A stretch of 47,546 nt of DNA, counting the filler, from Catajapyx aquilonaris (taxonomy: Eukaryota): assembly GCA_000934665.2 (NCBI GenBank). It is 2 parts of 2 records of this genome, joined end to end, with 100 filler letters (N's around TTAATTAATTAA, not from the genome) between each part and the next. Parts side by side here need not be neighbours in the genome. Positions count along the whole stretch, not along the records: positions 23,672 to 47,546 come from JYFJ02005660.1; 1 more part is not named here. One strand, written 5' to 3'. This document shows positions 34,686-46,610 of the stretch, piece after piece. Both the position numbers and the translations under genes were made by a program. Each line of letters begins with the position of its first letter. Positions within the stretch are counted from its first letter, which is position 1. Below the pieces are notes generated by a model. That model had not been told where the DNA came from, did not search any database, and saw only the letters and a list, made by a program, of their open reading frames with translations.

Positions 34686-34983
34686 GAGAAAGAGTCGCAT
34701 CCAAGCCATTGAAGAAAAGCTTCGAAACATGGAGAGAGATTCTGGACCAGAGTTTCAGCTCAGCAGTGCACGTGGTCATGTTAGGGAAGGTGGTGGGGCA
34801 GCAACTACCAGTTCCAGCAGTGTTTCATCATCTAGTTATCAACCAAGGGTTAACATTAGTTCAACAGTTGGAGCATCTCATCAACTCAGAAGAAACATTG
34901 ATGCAGCAGGACGCCACTCAGGAGGAAGGCAACATAATCAACATCGCCCATACCATAAACCATCAACTAGAAATCATAGGTGA
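34686..34983 (+). CDS. RBM18: RBM18-like, exon 4 (terminal)
   Basis: ttttaag|G is a phase-2 acceptor. Translation (T)RKSRIQAIEEKLRNME... resembles RBM18 AKIKAIEAKLKMM and is followed by an S/G/H/R-rich tail up to TGA. Confidence 0.9.
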
Positions 34984-35034
34984 AAACCAGCTGCCTTGAT
35001 TTGCTCTTGCTTTTCCCGGCTATCAAAGGTTGTA

Positions 35035-35040
35035 AATAAA
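35035..35040 (+). terminator. Putative polyadenylation signal of the RBM18-like gene
   Basis: AATAAA about 50 nt after the stop codon. Confidence 0.55.
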
Positions 35041-35894
35041 TATTGCATTATTATCAGCCGATTGTGTATTGAATGAAAGGAGTGCATTGTAAGGTGGTCA
35101 TGTCATACACCTATGAAGCTGAATGTATGTGCCCTTCACACCATGGCTGACTTACATGTTATGTGACTGGATAATATTAAGGCACACTAAATATGCAAAC
35201 TGAACCAATTTAGTGCCCTCCATGCTAGGGTTTTGTAACATATGTGTAATTTAAACCGCTGTTTGGTTCAAGTGTTCAGAAAGTTCTGAGATCTATTTTA
35301 ATTTATTACTAAAGTACAACCCTTTATATTAAAGTTGTGTGTCTATGCCAAAAGAGTGAACGTGCTGATCTCAGAACTACCCTTAACAGTTTTATTGGTA
35401 GTGTAGAGGAGTCCAGGAAATAAATTTTTAAATGTACCAGTAGTTAGTAATTATGCTAACAGTATATATGATGAATATCATAAAGTTTAAGATATTGAAA
35501 CAGAAGAAAAATAGTGTATTATTTCTAAATAGATTGGGATTGGAGGGACGGTGAACTTGACAAGCAGTGTTAAATACTGCTTGGTGCTATCTCTTTACTT
35601 GTATTCAGTTCATAAGTTTTATGAACTAAATACAAGTATAGGGATGGCACCAACTCAATCTTCTGAAGTCACATTTCATATGAAAGACAATTTTCCTGCA
35701 ATTACGTAGGTTGAGCCAAAAATCACGGCTTGATTTTTTATATTTAAAAATGGTAACACATGCCGAGATGCCTTTAGCCAACATAAGTTTAGAACCTCTG
35801 TGATTACAATTTGATATGGTATACATGGTGTGTGTGAAAAGTTTGTGGTGAATGTGACAATAAAAGCAGCAAAACAGAAGGTACCTAGGAATTA

Positions 35895-36327
35895 CCTTTA
35901 TATTGGCCTTCAAAATTATCTCCCATCAGACACAACACACTTTTGAAACTGTTCATAAAGCTTTTGAAATGAGTAAGAAAAATTTATCTTTGGACCCCCC
36001 TCCAGATCTGTAGGAACCCGGGCCTGAACTTCCACGTCCTCCACAAAATGTGATCCCTTCATGAATCCTTTATGGCTCAGTGTGGTCATATCACTGTTTT
36101 GGATCACCCACTGTACTCCCCTGACCTCCCTTCTGGAAACTTTTTCTGTTTCATCGCCTTAATGAGGGGCCACGCAATTGGGGATGTTCAGGCCCGTGCA
36201 CAGGCCGTGTGACAACTGATCTTGAGGGGGATCGAAAGAAAATTTTTCTAACTGTTCTCAGAAGCTTTACGAAATATTTCAAAAGTGTGTTGTGTTTGAT
36301 GGAGAGCACTTCAAAGGCCAATAAAGG
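35895..36327. mobile_element. Two mariner 3'-end remnants in inverted arrangement
   Basis: The minus copy encodes MKGSHFVED..FQKLYEQFQKCVVSDG. The plus copy has YSPDL (36114) and ends in the same FQKL..KCVV.DG region. Inverted arms are ~35895-35985 / 36240-36327. Confidence 0.75.
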
Positions 36328-36399
36328 TCATACGTACAGTACCTTCTGCTTTGTTGCTTTTATTTGAACATTCAATGAACTGTAGACATACCACATACA

Positions 36400-36943
36400 G
36401 ATGTCGCCCATATCGCAAGGGGGACCGGGGAACAAGGAGGATCGTGACCACACCATCACTCTGAAGACAGCCCGAACCTGACGTGCTTGGAGCTGTTGAA
36501 TATTACATGCAGGACACTGCAATGGACGACACATGAGCTTGATTTCGAGTTTGAGACAAGTCGCAGCACTATGCTTAGGACTCGGAAAGACTGAAAGGTC
36601 TCAGGATGTTGGGAGTCCTCACTGGCTCCTCACCATCTCTTTGAAGTGCAAAAGTGGCATTGCTTTGCCCTCACTGAAAAACATTCGAAACTATTGCAGT
36701 GAGGTAGATGGTTTTTTAAAGCTGATTGTGGATATGGATGATTTACATGGCTCCAGTCACAGTGCTTTGACTTGTCCCATACTCTACAGGAAGTTCCTGC
36801 GTTGTCGTCCATCACCGAGTGTCCTGCATGCAACATTCAGCAGCTCCAAGCGCGTCAGGCTCGGGCTGTCTTACGGTGATGGTGCTGTGGGGAGTTCACA
36901 ATCCCGTTTTGTTTCCTGGCCCCCCCTTGTGATATGGGTGACT
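36400..36943. repeat. Diverged inverted repeat (~135-bp arms)
   Basis: 36400-36532 is the reverse complement of ~36803-36943 (GTGTCCTGCATG...CAGCTCCAAGC.CGTCAGG...GATATGGG). Confidence 0.7.
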
Positions 36944-37265
36944 TATAGAGGGTGAAGGGATTTTGGTGCATAATCGCCAGGTAGACTGATAGTACTCGCA
37001 AAAGTAATCTAGGGATGTGCAAGACGTTGCTGACACTTCGGTTACAGTCCAATATTTCTGGGCACATGCTGTAATTATTCTTCACAGGAGATTGCACTAC
37101 AGCATGTGTCCAATTTCAGTAGACATTTCATGAAGTGCCCAATTTCGCTACGGGGCTACGACATATACATGAAGGCCTCTTTCGTGTCCTGAAAAGTAAT
37201 ACATTACTAAAAGCAGCATTTTGCACCAACACCCCTGAAACCTGCTTGATACAGTCTGCTGTTCT

Positions 37266-37494
37266 ACTGAAGCAGGTTGGCATGGTGGATAAGGCGTCCG
37301 ACTGCAAATCGGGAAGTCCTGGGTTCGAATCCCAGGGCCGGCAACCCTGACCGTGGTTTTCCGTGAATTTCCACGGTCTTTCTAGGATAATTCCAGGGTC
37401 GCTTCTGTATAATAGGCCACAGCCGCTTCCTTCCTTCCCTATCCTTGGAGGTTGAAATGCAATGCTGGGCCAACCTCCCTAATATTAATGATAA
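37266..37494 (+). mobile_element. tRNA-derived SINE, family A
   Basis: A box TGGCATGGTGG and B box GGTTCGAATCC; TSD AGTCTGCTGTTCT at 37253-37265 and 37495-37507. Confidence 0.88.
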
Positions 37495-37696
37495 AGTCTG
37501 CTGTTCTGTAAATAATACTTGTTCATTGCGAAATTATTAAGTTTTTATTTCAGTTTGCAATGCACTGATGTACAAGATTCACATGAATTTTTTGATTAAT
37601 CACAGTTACCGTAGATTTTGAAATTGTATGCCTCTTGGCATGTCACTTTTTAATTTAGATTCTGAACGAATCTAAATGCCAGCAGCTACTTTCCCT

Positions 37697-37793
37697 TCAC
37701 TTCTTACTTTTTCCTTTGTCAGGGCTTTTAATCCCAAGAAGCCGTCGGAAGGGTCCCATAGGTTTTGACTGAGCCGCTTTATTCTTGGATGGA
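37697..37793 (-). CDS. Putative terminal exon of the coiled-coil gene
   Basis: catttcag|T phase-2 acceptor, compatible with AA|gtaggt at 39616. Translation PSKNKAAQSKPMGPFRRLLGIKSPDKGKSKK*, with AATAAA about 150 nt downstream (37544-37549). Confidence 0.5.
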
Positions 37794-39615
37794 CTGAAAT
37801 GTAAGGTAAGGCATAGTGTCATTCATACAAGTCATTTGACATTGTGTAACAGCTATTTGAGGTAAAGAGTGCAGTTATGTGTGTTGTATAGCACATAGGC
37901 ATGCATGCAATTTCAGTCTCCTTTAAAGCAGCATACGAAGTGACAACATAAAATTATTACTCTACATTACAATGTAGTTACTGAATTTACACTCATAGAG
38001 TGGCATGCCAGTACAAAACCAGTGACCAACAAGCCAGTATACCTAGGGGGAGATGGTGATGTAAAGTGGAGTTTTACCTGATTTCCTCCTTCCCCTGATA
38101 ATTATTAGATTTGTCAAAAAATCAGTATTGAATGCCCACAAATGACTTGACTGGAGATGCAAAACGAATTGTAGATTAGAAAATAACGTGAACCCATGCT
38201 TATTAGTAATTATTATTATCATTAAACCTTGCTCAGAGAAGGGGAGAAAGTTATGATTTTTCCCGCTCATTCAAGGAAATAATTGACAGGCTATTGGAAG
38301 AAGTTGGTGAATATATGCAAAATGCCATGATTATCGGTGATTTCATGTGAGGATAGGAAGGAAGTGTGTACAGCTAGCTGTGATAATCGTTACTGAGAAA
38401 TAGACAATTTTGCAGAACACCATCAGTAATAGAGGTAGTTATTGTGCTCGTATCCTGCTCCCTAGGCAACTGGTGAGTGGGTCCATCTATCAGGTTATCT
38501 CCCCTGTACAAAAAGGTGTTGTGTGTGTTTCTTCCTGTGTCTAGGGGCAGGACAATGTATCTGGTCGTCTACCTTATTAACATTTGATCCCTAGACATTT
38601 CTCCTTCCTACATTTTGTAGATGTGCATGGTGTCTGGTCAGATGCAAACATTCCAGGATCTGCTACAGTACATACTCAGTAACTAGGCTGCAGACAGCAA
38701 ACGACATGTCTACATTGTGATCCACTGGTGCCCAGAAGGTTACCCCAGAAATTCGGTCAAATTATGAGACACCTTCACACTCTGATTTTCAAAGTCCAAG
38801 ACAACATAGTCACCCCTCCAATATTATTATGGTCTGAAAAGTGTGCATATATGTCTATTGAAAGTGAGCTGCTTTGTTGCATGTGAAAATTACTTTCCAG
38901 GTAGCCTACAGTACCTGCCACTACATCACTCCCCTTCTGCTTGCGCATTTCCAAAAAATAGTTTACAGGACAATGAATGTGTCATTTGTAACTTTTTACA
39001 AAATTCAGTCTAGATATGGATCTACGTACAGTTTCATCTCTAATGGATATGGAAACATGTCAGTAAACTCTGAGGTAATGGTTAGGTTAGGTTTATTAGG
39101 AAGGAGCCAAAGCAACTATGGCTGTCTCTTATAAGAGGACACAAAGGTGGGACATATGGATATGGAGACAGAAACAAAGAGAAAAAATAAGACAGGAAAG
39201 ACTGGTGTCTCTCTTACAGTCTGCCTCCTATCCCAAAGACCTGTTCGACTTGGATGGCCTCGGCCTGCCAATAGATGAAACTACTACAGGCATAGCTCTT
39301 TGGGTCATGGGGAATTGCAGGCCCTCCCCATCACGACAAGGTGGAGGTACATCGGGNNNNNNNGGGGGGCTCAGAGGTAATGCATTCTAGATTGTCGTCA
39401 TTAGATGCTGCTGCTCTCATTTATTACAATATTGTCACTTTTTATTCCACCTCTTGTGAATAAATTACGAATTATTATTTGTTTTATGTGAAGTTACTCA
39501 GAGCATTGAATTTGACACAGAATCTATGGCACGAAACTCATTTTGATTGCTAAGAGATAAGCTGAAGAGTGTACATATGTGGCAGTTTCCCTTTGTTAAT
39601 AAATCTGGTACCTAC

Positions 39616-40400
39616 TTGGCAGCGGTCACTTCATGTGACGTAGATGGTTGATTTCTCAGCTTCTCCTCTTCCAGACAAGTACAGAATTCTTGTCGTTTCT
39701 TCAACTCTTCTTCCAGCCTCTTCTGCCCTTCCCGAACTCTCTTCTGCTCTTCCTCATGTTTCTTCTGGTCCTCGAGCTTGCGTTTTTCATGCATATCTTG
39801 CAGGTGCTGGTTAATGTGCTGGAGGTCAGACATGTGCTCCTGGAAGCGACAAAGCTGGTCTTTCAGTGCTGCTGCTGCTTGGTCCTTCTCTTCTAGCTGC
39901 GACCGCAGGTATTCCATTTGCTGCTCCTGCAAGCTCTGCTCTACAGAGCACTTTTTCAGCTGTTCCTCTAAGAAGGCCACTTCCTGGTCATGGTCTCTCT
40001 TCCATTGGAGCTGAGCCATCAGCCGATCCCGCTCTCTGCAAGGGCGTGTTTATCATACATCATTGTCGGTTAAGATATTTGCAAGTTGTTGACAATACCT
40101 GTGCAGTTCTTCCTGAGCCATGGCAACCTCTGCTATTTGCTTTTGAATCTTCTGACACTTGTTGGTTGATTCCTGTGCATTTTTCTCTTGTGTAAGGTTG
40201 ACCTTGGATAGCTTGTTCACCTGATCCTGGACCCACATTAGCTTGTAGAACAGAATCTTAGACTTTTTCCACAGTGTGTTGTTCTGGCTCTGGAGCTCCT
40301 TCACACGCTTCATGAGGCTCAATGTGCTTGTTTCCTCACACTGTTTCTCATCAGTCTCTTCTTCACTCTGGTTATAAGTTGATGTACTGGGCTTGTCCAT
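39616..40400 (-). pseudogene. Coiled-coil protein exon interrupted by in-frame TGA-TAA (disrupted gene or assembly error)
   Basis: ORFs 40400-40053 and 40019-39612 are in the same frame and both are E/Q/K/L-rich with heptad character. They are separated only by TGA TAA plus 10 open codons. A donor-like AA|GTAGGT lies at the end. Confidence 0.6.
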
Positions 40401-40790
40401 TTCTTTGTCTTTTTAGGAAGCTTCGCTATTTTTAATAAAGGAGTTTATTAGACATATTGGACAAGACAGTTGTTGTGTTCTTCCCCATAAAGTCACTTTC
40501 TATCTTCAGCTGCAGTGAAGGTAGAATGAGACATTAATTACCTTCTGCTGCCTTCTCACAGTTTTCACCTAAGTCGTAGTTAAGTTGGCGGCTGTATTCT
40601 CTGTAAAATGAATTTGAATGGGCTTGTTAGTGTACAGTGGCAAACTAAAAGGCAATAATTTCCCTCTGTTGAAAGAAATTCATTCTATCTCTAGTAACAC
40701 ACTCAACATTACCAGTATTAGAGTGACAACATTATACAGGGTGAGCCTCATATGATCCTAATCACATTATTGGCTGATAAATTGTGAATT

Positions 40791-41210
40791 ATTATTATTA
40801 TTGTTGTTATTATTAGTTATATCCCGTGCTAGGGCCATAGGTCCTCTTAGGGGAGTGGAATACCACCATCGGTGCAGGGGACAGGGTAGGGATAATGAGG
40901 GGGGGACACTGGTGCAAGTGCAATGTAATCAAGTTGGGAGTCATGTGCAGTCCCTCAGGGGGCCCATTCGCCAAGATGACCCCCCTAGATGCAGGTCAGA
41001 AACTCCCCACCGACACCGCACCTCCTCCAGGGCAGGGTAGGGAAGGAAGCGGCTGTGGCCTATTTTGCAGTACAATCCCGGAATTTTTCCTGGGGCGACC
41101 TTGGAAAACCACAGAAAACCAAGGTCAGGTTTCCGGCCTCCGGGACTCGAACCCAGGACCTCCCGATTAGCAGTCGGACACCATATCCACTCCACCACTA
41201 CTGCTTCGGT
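40791..41210 (-). mobile_element. tRNA-derived SINE, family A (longer tail)
   Basis: A and B boxes on the minus strand, (TAA)n tail; TSD GATAAATTGTGAATT starting at 40776 and 41211. Confidence 0.9.
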
Positions 41211-41328
41211 GATAAATTGTGAATTATAGTAGTCATTGATTTGAACATGATCAATTATACACTATTACAGAGATCTCCATGCTTATTTGTTCAATGCACC
41301 CCTCCAGATTGATGTGTATAACTATATA

Positions 41329-41897
41329 CCATATTACCTCCCATAAAGCAGCATGCCCGTATAAAATGAGGTCCACCAGCATACCGGTATAACCCGGGGG
41401 TGGCCGGTATGCCGCAATAACCGAGGTAGATTTCTGTAAATTGGATCCTTACCAAATTTTTGGGAATGGTTCTGGTACCGTATTAAAATAATGCTACAAT
41501 GAATATGGGCGAGTGTACAGGCAAGTTCTATTGCACAGTGCATATAAAAAATGTAGAGTGTGTGACCAATCCCATCGTCAGCCTGCTTTGACAGGGGAAC
41601 CCCTGCTCCAACATACTGTTTAAATAGAGATTATTGCCAGATACTGCAATATTGAAAACAATATATGGGAAGGGTACCCTATTAGGAAAATGTGCTTTTT
41701 TGATAGCTTTTACGTCAATTTAGATTTTCAGGCAAATGTCAAGTTTGGAAAGGATAAGTAACTTACGTGAAAACCTCGCCTTATACCGGCATACCTCGCC
41801 CTTTACTGGCATGCTGGTATAGCCACCAGATTGTGCATTTCTAAAAACTGGTTGACCTCAGCTACACCGGCATGCCGCTTTATGTGAGGTAATACGG
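41329..41897. mobile_element. Tc2/pogo-like MITE, uninterrupted copy
   Basis: TA|CCATATTACCTCCCATAAAGCAGCATGCC ... GGCATGCCGCTTTATGTGAGGTAATACGG|TA. Confidence 0.82.
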
Positions 41898-42227
41898 TAG
41901 TGGCCTTCATGTCCAAAAGTGTCGCACTACTTGCTAATTGGTATACAGGTTTGAGGATTATGAGTTTTATTAAAAATTAACCAGCAGTGGTTACTGGCTC
42001 ATGTCATATGACAGAAATAATTAGAGTTAGGAAGAAATCCATATAGTGACAATTTTTTTGATGATTGCCTGATTTATAAGAATTCTTAGATGGTAATCCA
42101 AATTATTCTCTCCTGATTTTTTAAAATAGTTGAGCTATCTTGAAGAAGGAGTGTTCCAGAACAGACCTCAGGCAAGTTCCATATATATTTTTAAAAAGCT
42201 ATATATATATATATATATATTTAGTAC

Positions 42228-42404
42228 ATGGAGACGGCAGGCCCTCACCTTCGGCAGGCTGCTCTGCCAGTTGCAGCTATTACGGTATCAAATATACTGT
42301 CATAAATACACGAAAACACGCCTGATGCAGCTAACTCGGTCCCAAAAGAGTTCATTAATTTGAGTCGGATAAAGAAAGGTCAAAAAAGGGCCTGCCGTCT
42401 CCAT
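42228..42404. mobile_element. Small MITE-like element
   Basis: Perfect 17-bp inverted repeat ATGGAGACGGCAGGCCC / GGGCCTGCCGTCTCCAT; no clear TSD. Confidence 0.6.
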
Positions 42405-43502
42405 CTTTATGCTCGCAGGGGTACATGTATGATACACCAGTGACAATACATAGTGCTGCATAATATAAACTCACTTGATGCAGCTCAGTGGCCACTTTCA
42501 AAACGTAGCTATAACATGATTTGAAGTTACTTTCTTAGCATGAAAAGCCATTTCATTTTACCAGATTCAGTCATGATCTACAACACACAACTCTGTGCTC
42601 ATACTGGGAAGGGAATAATAAATGAATGTTACAAAGAGCTGCAATATTCTTGCAATGAACTGTGTCTTAAATTGAGCATAAATTGAGATTATCTCCAGGA
42701 AGCTTTGGTTATCTACTCTTCAGTGCTCTGTAATTATAATTTCCATTAACTTGACATGAATATTCATCACAGGAGGCTTATTCATAATATATCTAACCAT
42801 TTAAAGCAATAAATGATAGTGAAACTCTAGGCTGCAAAGGGAAAAGAGTGTGATACATGATGGCTTATAACTTCATACAACGGAATCTACTTTATTAAAA
42901 TCAAGATTTTTTTACTGCTTACCCCAGGTATTTGCATAACATTGTCAAATCCCATATGTGTCTAGCCCAATCAACTCACATGTCAGCCAGATATTATTGC
43001 ATCAAATTTGCAGGTAAATAGGCTCTGCAATAACATAAGTTCTACTGTATGAACAAATACCATACCATATGTTTTTAATTACCTCAATAAATATATGGTT
43101 GTTGATATAAGCATTTTAAAACACTTGATGTGAACTATTGATTTTAAGCAATGGTGTCATGCCTTCCAATCCTCACCAGTATGCCCACAAGCTGTTTTTG
43201 TGGCAATCTGCTGGCTTGTTCCTCCAAAAAGACCTCGCTTGGATTTTGACACCGTTCCGGGAAAAAAAAAGAGTAAATCTGACCACTGTTATGCTGTTGC
43301 TATGGCATCAGTGGTGCCAATACATTCATTGTCATTTACATAATAATTGTGCAGGACGTATTAAGATGGAAATCAATTATTTATCCTTTACTAACTAACA
43401 ATTATTATACATAACTTGGGTGGTCCTAAATTATTCACACTTAGGATTAGTTGCACCATTGTCAGGAACCCTTCTCTGGAATTTTATTTAATTAATTAGT
43501 CT

Positions 43503-43652
43503 ATTTATTTATTTAGCCCTTTTAGGGTGGTGGCATACCACCGGCAGTTTTCTTCGATTTTTCTGACTCATACTTCACACATGGGTCGGGCCAAGGATAG
43601 GGATGAAAGGAGCGGCTGTGACCTATTTTTAAGGAAGCAACCCCGGAATTAT
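43503..43652 (-). mobile_element. 5'-truncated SINE, family A
   Basis: GGATAGGGATGAAAGGAGCGGCTGTGACCTATT matches the family A body; a (TATT)n tail lies at the left. Confidence 0.7.
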
Positions 43653-43682
43653 CCTATCTTTTTTTCCCAATATACTCGTACA

Positions 43683-44270
43683 GGTGGCCCTAAAGTCTGG
43701 ACACATAGGTAATTGCTGGCACTCCGAGATTGGTGCCGAAATCTGGTGTCATCGGGCGAGAATCAAGAGGATCTACAAGCCGCCTTGCGCCCATTCCTGC
43801 CTGCAGCAGTCACGAGGACATATAGGACGACACCAAACCATCTCCTTTATGTCCTTAGTGGTATCCTGCCCCCATCGTTGCAGGCCATAGCCATTTGGGA
43901 AGGTCAACTGACATTTAGATCTCAAAACGAGCAGGGACTGGCGAGATTGCCTGCTCCCGTGCATGATTCGTTGCCACCATGGGAGTGGATGCGGCCCACC
44001 ATCAGTGTTGGATGAGGATGGAGATGATGGTAAGCGAGTGACTTTGGTGGGCGGCTGCTGCCAGTGCTGTGGTGGCATCCAGGACGCAGCACACATTATT
44101 TGGAACTGTATCCTTCCAGAAATAGCCGAACCTCGAAGAGACGTGCGTCCAGTCGTCGTGTCCAAAGGCCTGGGTTGGCCCTGTTCTAGGGCAGCTCTGG
44201 TGACGATGGTGTTCGCAACATTCAATAAATTTTGTCTGGAGGCGGACAGGGTATTATCTCAACTTAATGC
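43683..44270 (+). mobile_element. LINE (R1/LOA/I-group) ORF2 C-terminal remnant
   Basis: Post-RT motif TRTYRTTPNHLLYVLSGILPP and CCHC knuckle CQCCGGIQDAAHIIWNC, in different frames. Confidence 0.78.
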
Positions 44271-45020
44271 AGGGAGAATCCCGGGGTCCTTCCAGCATAC
44301 AGTTCCTGATTCTGGCTGAAGCTGCATGCAACCATGGCAACAGAAGCTCCAGAACCACCTGTTTCAGATTATTCTGTTGACAGTCAGAGGCTAGACTGAT
44401 CACAATACTAAATTAACTTGTTTTGCATCTATCACTTGTCAAGAACTATTTGTTTTGTGGTAGATCAGATGATAGCTTGAAATCAGCAAGTTTTTAGAGA
44501 AATACTCAATCCAGTTGCACCTGCACATAGCCACTCATAGATGATGATGCCCAAACATTTATCTAGGATTTATTGGGTTTTGGAAGAAGGTGCCTCACAT
44601 GTAAGATACCCCCACATGCTATTGGTTACATTCTCCCATAATTCACTACGGTACCATCATCTATGATTTAAAAAATTGCACTAACAATCAATAGCAGCCA
44701 GCTGCTCTGTCGACATTGTCACTACAACCCAGTGCAGTGGCGGATAATATGCAGGGAGGGGCAAGATGGATCATGATCTAGCTTCTAGCACATGGTCACT
44801 GGGAAGTGTCACCTATGTAATTCCACATCAGTTCAATACAAGATCAGCCCTTAGTATGAGATCTCAGATTTTGTCCAAACTTTGTAAAATGGAAGTACTT
44901 AACCCTAAATAAACATGCCTGTGGGCATTCATCTACAATAAATTTTGTAACGGAGTTACATAAGGAGGATGAAAAATTGCTAATTTAGGCAAAGTCTCCC
45001 AGGATGATATTTTTAGTCAT

Positions 45021-45376
45021 GGGGAGGTGTAGATGGCCGAGATGGTAACATCTCGGCTTGCTGAGTGAAAGGCCCCAGGTTCGATCCCCGCCTGGGGAAC
45101 TTTCCTTTAACCTGCGTCAGGAGGGTCTCTGACCTGCACCTTGGAGGTGTCTGGCAACCTAACCTCCTGGGGAACAGCACATGACCCCTTTACCGACATT
45201 GCACTTGCACCCATGTTCCCTCCCCAAAAATCCCTTTCCTTTCCCAATGTCCCTGTTTCCTTGCACCGGAAAACGAAGTAGAAAAAATTTATAGAAAACT
45301 GATGGTGGTGTGCCACCCCCCTATAGATCCCGTAAGAGACATCATGGGGTATTTAAAAAATTAAACAAAAAAAAAG
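45021..45376 (+). mobile_element. tRNA-derived SINE (related to family B)
   Basis: GGGGAGG head, A box TGGCCGAGATGG, B box GGTTCGATCCC. The 3' end CCCGTAAG...GGGGTATT is shared with 28610-28905, followed by an A-rich tail. Confidence 0.8.
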
Positions 45377-45899
45377 TGGAAGCTGTTCATAATAATGTCA
45401 GATTAAAAAGTTTTGTTCTACTTGCCCAGTCCCAAAATAATTTGCTCACCCCAAAAAAGTGGAGTGGTGGAGGTTATGAACAAAATGTAATAAAAAATAA
45501 TAATTAAAATTATCTGGACTTTAGAATATATAGATAATTATGAATCACGACAACAGAGCTAGGTGGATCCCAAATTTCAAGTGAATTTGACAGTTAACAA
45601 CTGAAATATGATTACACCTTGAAGCATGAACACTGAATTTCTATGGGGTCTGGTAAAAATTGTTGCAAAGAATATTTATTTGTTACTTAGCAGGCCACGC
45701 AAACCCAAGGCCTGGATTGAAATTACTTCCAACTTACACTGAATTTTAAAATGTTTAGAGTGAGTAGGCATCTTGCTGCACGTTGCTGTACCATATTTAA
45801 CAGTGTTATTTCTTAATTTTAAAAAGTGTGATGACACTCTATTTAGACTTGTCCAGTGCACTATGAAAAAAAAATCTCAATGTGAAATGGTTTTTAAAA

Positions 45900-46290
45900 T
45901 CCCTGGGCGCACCCTGTTCCCTCGTATCTGAAACCTCCGCAAGTGTCCACATGTACCTCAGAATTCAGTGTTGCGACTGGTCAGGAACTTGATGTGCATA
46001 ACATGTTGACTGTTTCAAGAGTTATTGACATATTCTCCAGAGACTCAAATTCCCCGTACTTCCTCGTCCAGCGTTCAGTCCACATCTTGTGCCCTGCGAC
46101 TTATATCTTTTCCCAAAAATGAAGACACACCTGAAGGGCCATTGGTATAGCTCCAATCCAGAAATTGAGGCTGTTGTTCGTGCTTGGTGCCACTCATGCA
46201 GCCCTGAGTTCCATGCCAACGAGAGGAAAGAACTTGTACATCATTGGTGCAAGTGTATTGCTGTAGGTGGTGATTACTTAGAAAATGTAT
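45900..46290 (+). mobile_element. mariner transposase C-terminal remnant
   Basis: Translation PRPAFSPHLVPCDLYLFPKMKTHLKGHWY...EIEAVVRAW...LVHHWCKCIAVGGDYLE, a degenerate HPPYSPDLAPSDF..KC...GDY. Confidence 0.85.
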
Positions 46291-46329
46291 GGTTTTGAAG
46301 AGGAGATTCCAGGATTTCATTGGCTAGGC

Positions 46330-46610
46330 TACAGTTTATCCGCACCTTAACAATGAGGCCGGGGTTGGACGGGCCTCCCGACAGTTGGCGACGGTGCGTC
46401 TCAAACAATCGGGTGCATTGATACTGCTGCCAAATTCGAGCAATCAAGTCGCAATGGCACCCCTTGAAAGGAAAGGAAAGCAGGAAAGAGTGCCCACTTT
46501 TTTTCCTTCACTTGGCCGAATGTCTGTGGCGGAGGGAGATGGAAAGGACAGGAACTGATCCGTTCATGGGATTCGTGTCTGTTTGCTTGAAGCTGTATTC
46601 TGTTTGTTAC
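46330..46610 (+). mobile_element. Merlin/ISXO2-like transposase C-terminal remnant
   Basis: Translation IKSQWHPLK...FLHLAECLWRREM...DPF resembles IESxW...HLxEFxWR...DPF. Confidence 0.55.

Noticed and set aside
34709..34999. 96-aa ORF overlapping RBM18 exon 4
   Set aside because: Alternative frame; the spliced frame is the one that carries the conserved IQAIEEKL motif.
37266..37340. tRNA gene-like sequence (also at ~7990-8053, ~28835-28905, ~41140-41210 and ~45021-45095)
   Set aside because: A and B boxes are present, but each continues into a shared SINE body with a tail (and a TSD in most copies). They are SINE heads, not tRNA genes.
40036..40058. 23-nt GT-AG micro-intron removing the tandem stops
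   Set aside because: Too short for typical metazoan splicing, and its length is not a multiple of 3, so it would not restore the frame.
43176..43260. Possible upstream exon of the coiled-coil gene (ERCQNPSEVFLEEQASRL..., minus strand, ending |gtgagg)
   Set aside because: The pyrimidine tract ends in CCCG with no AG and there is no homology support, so it cannot be linked to the gene from sequence alone.
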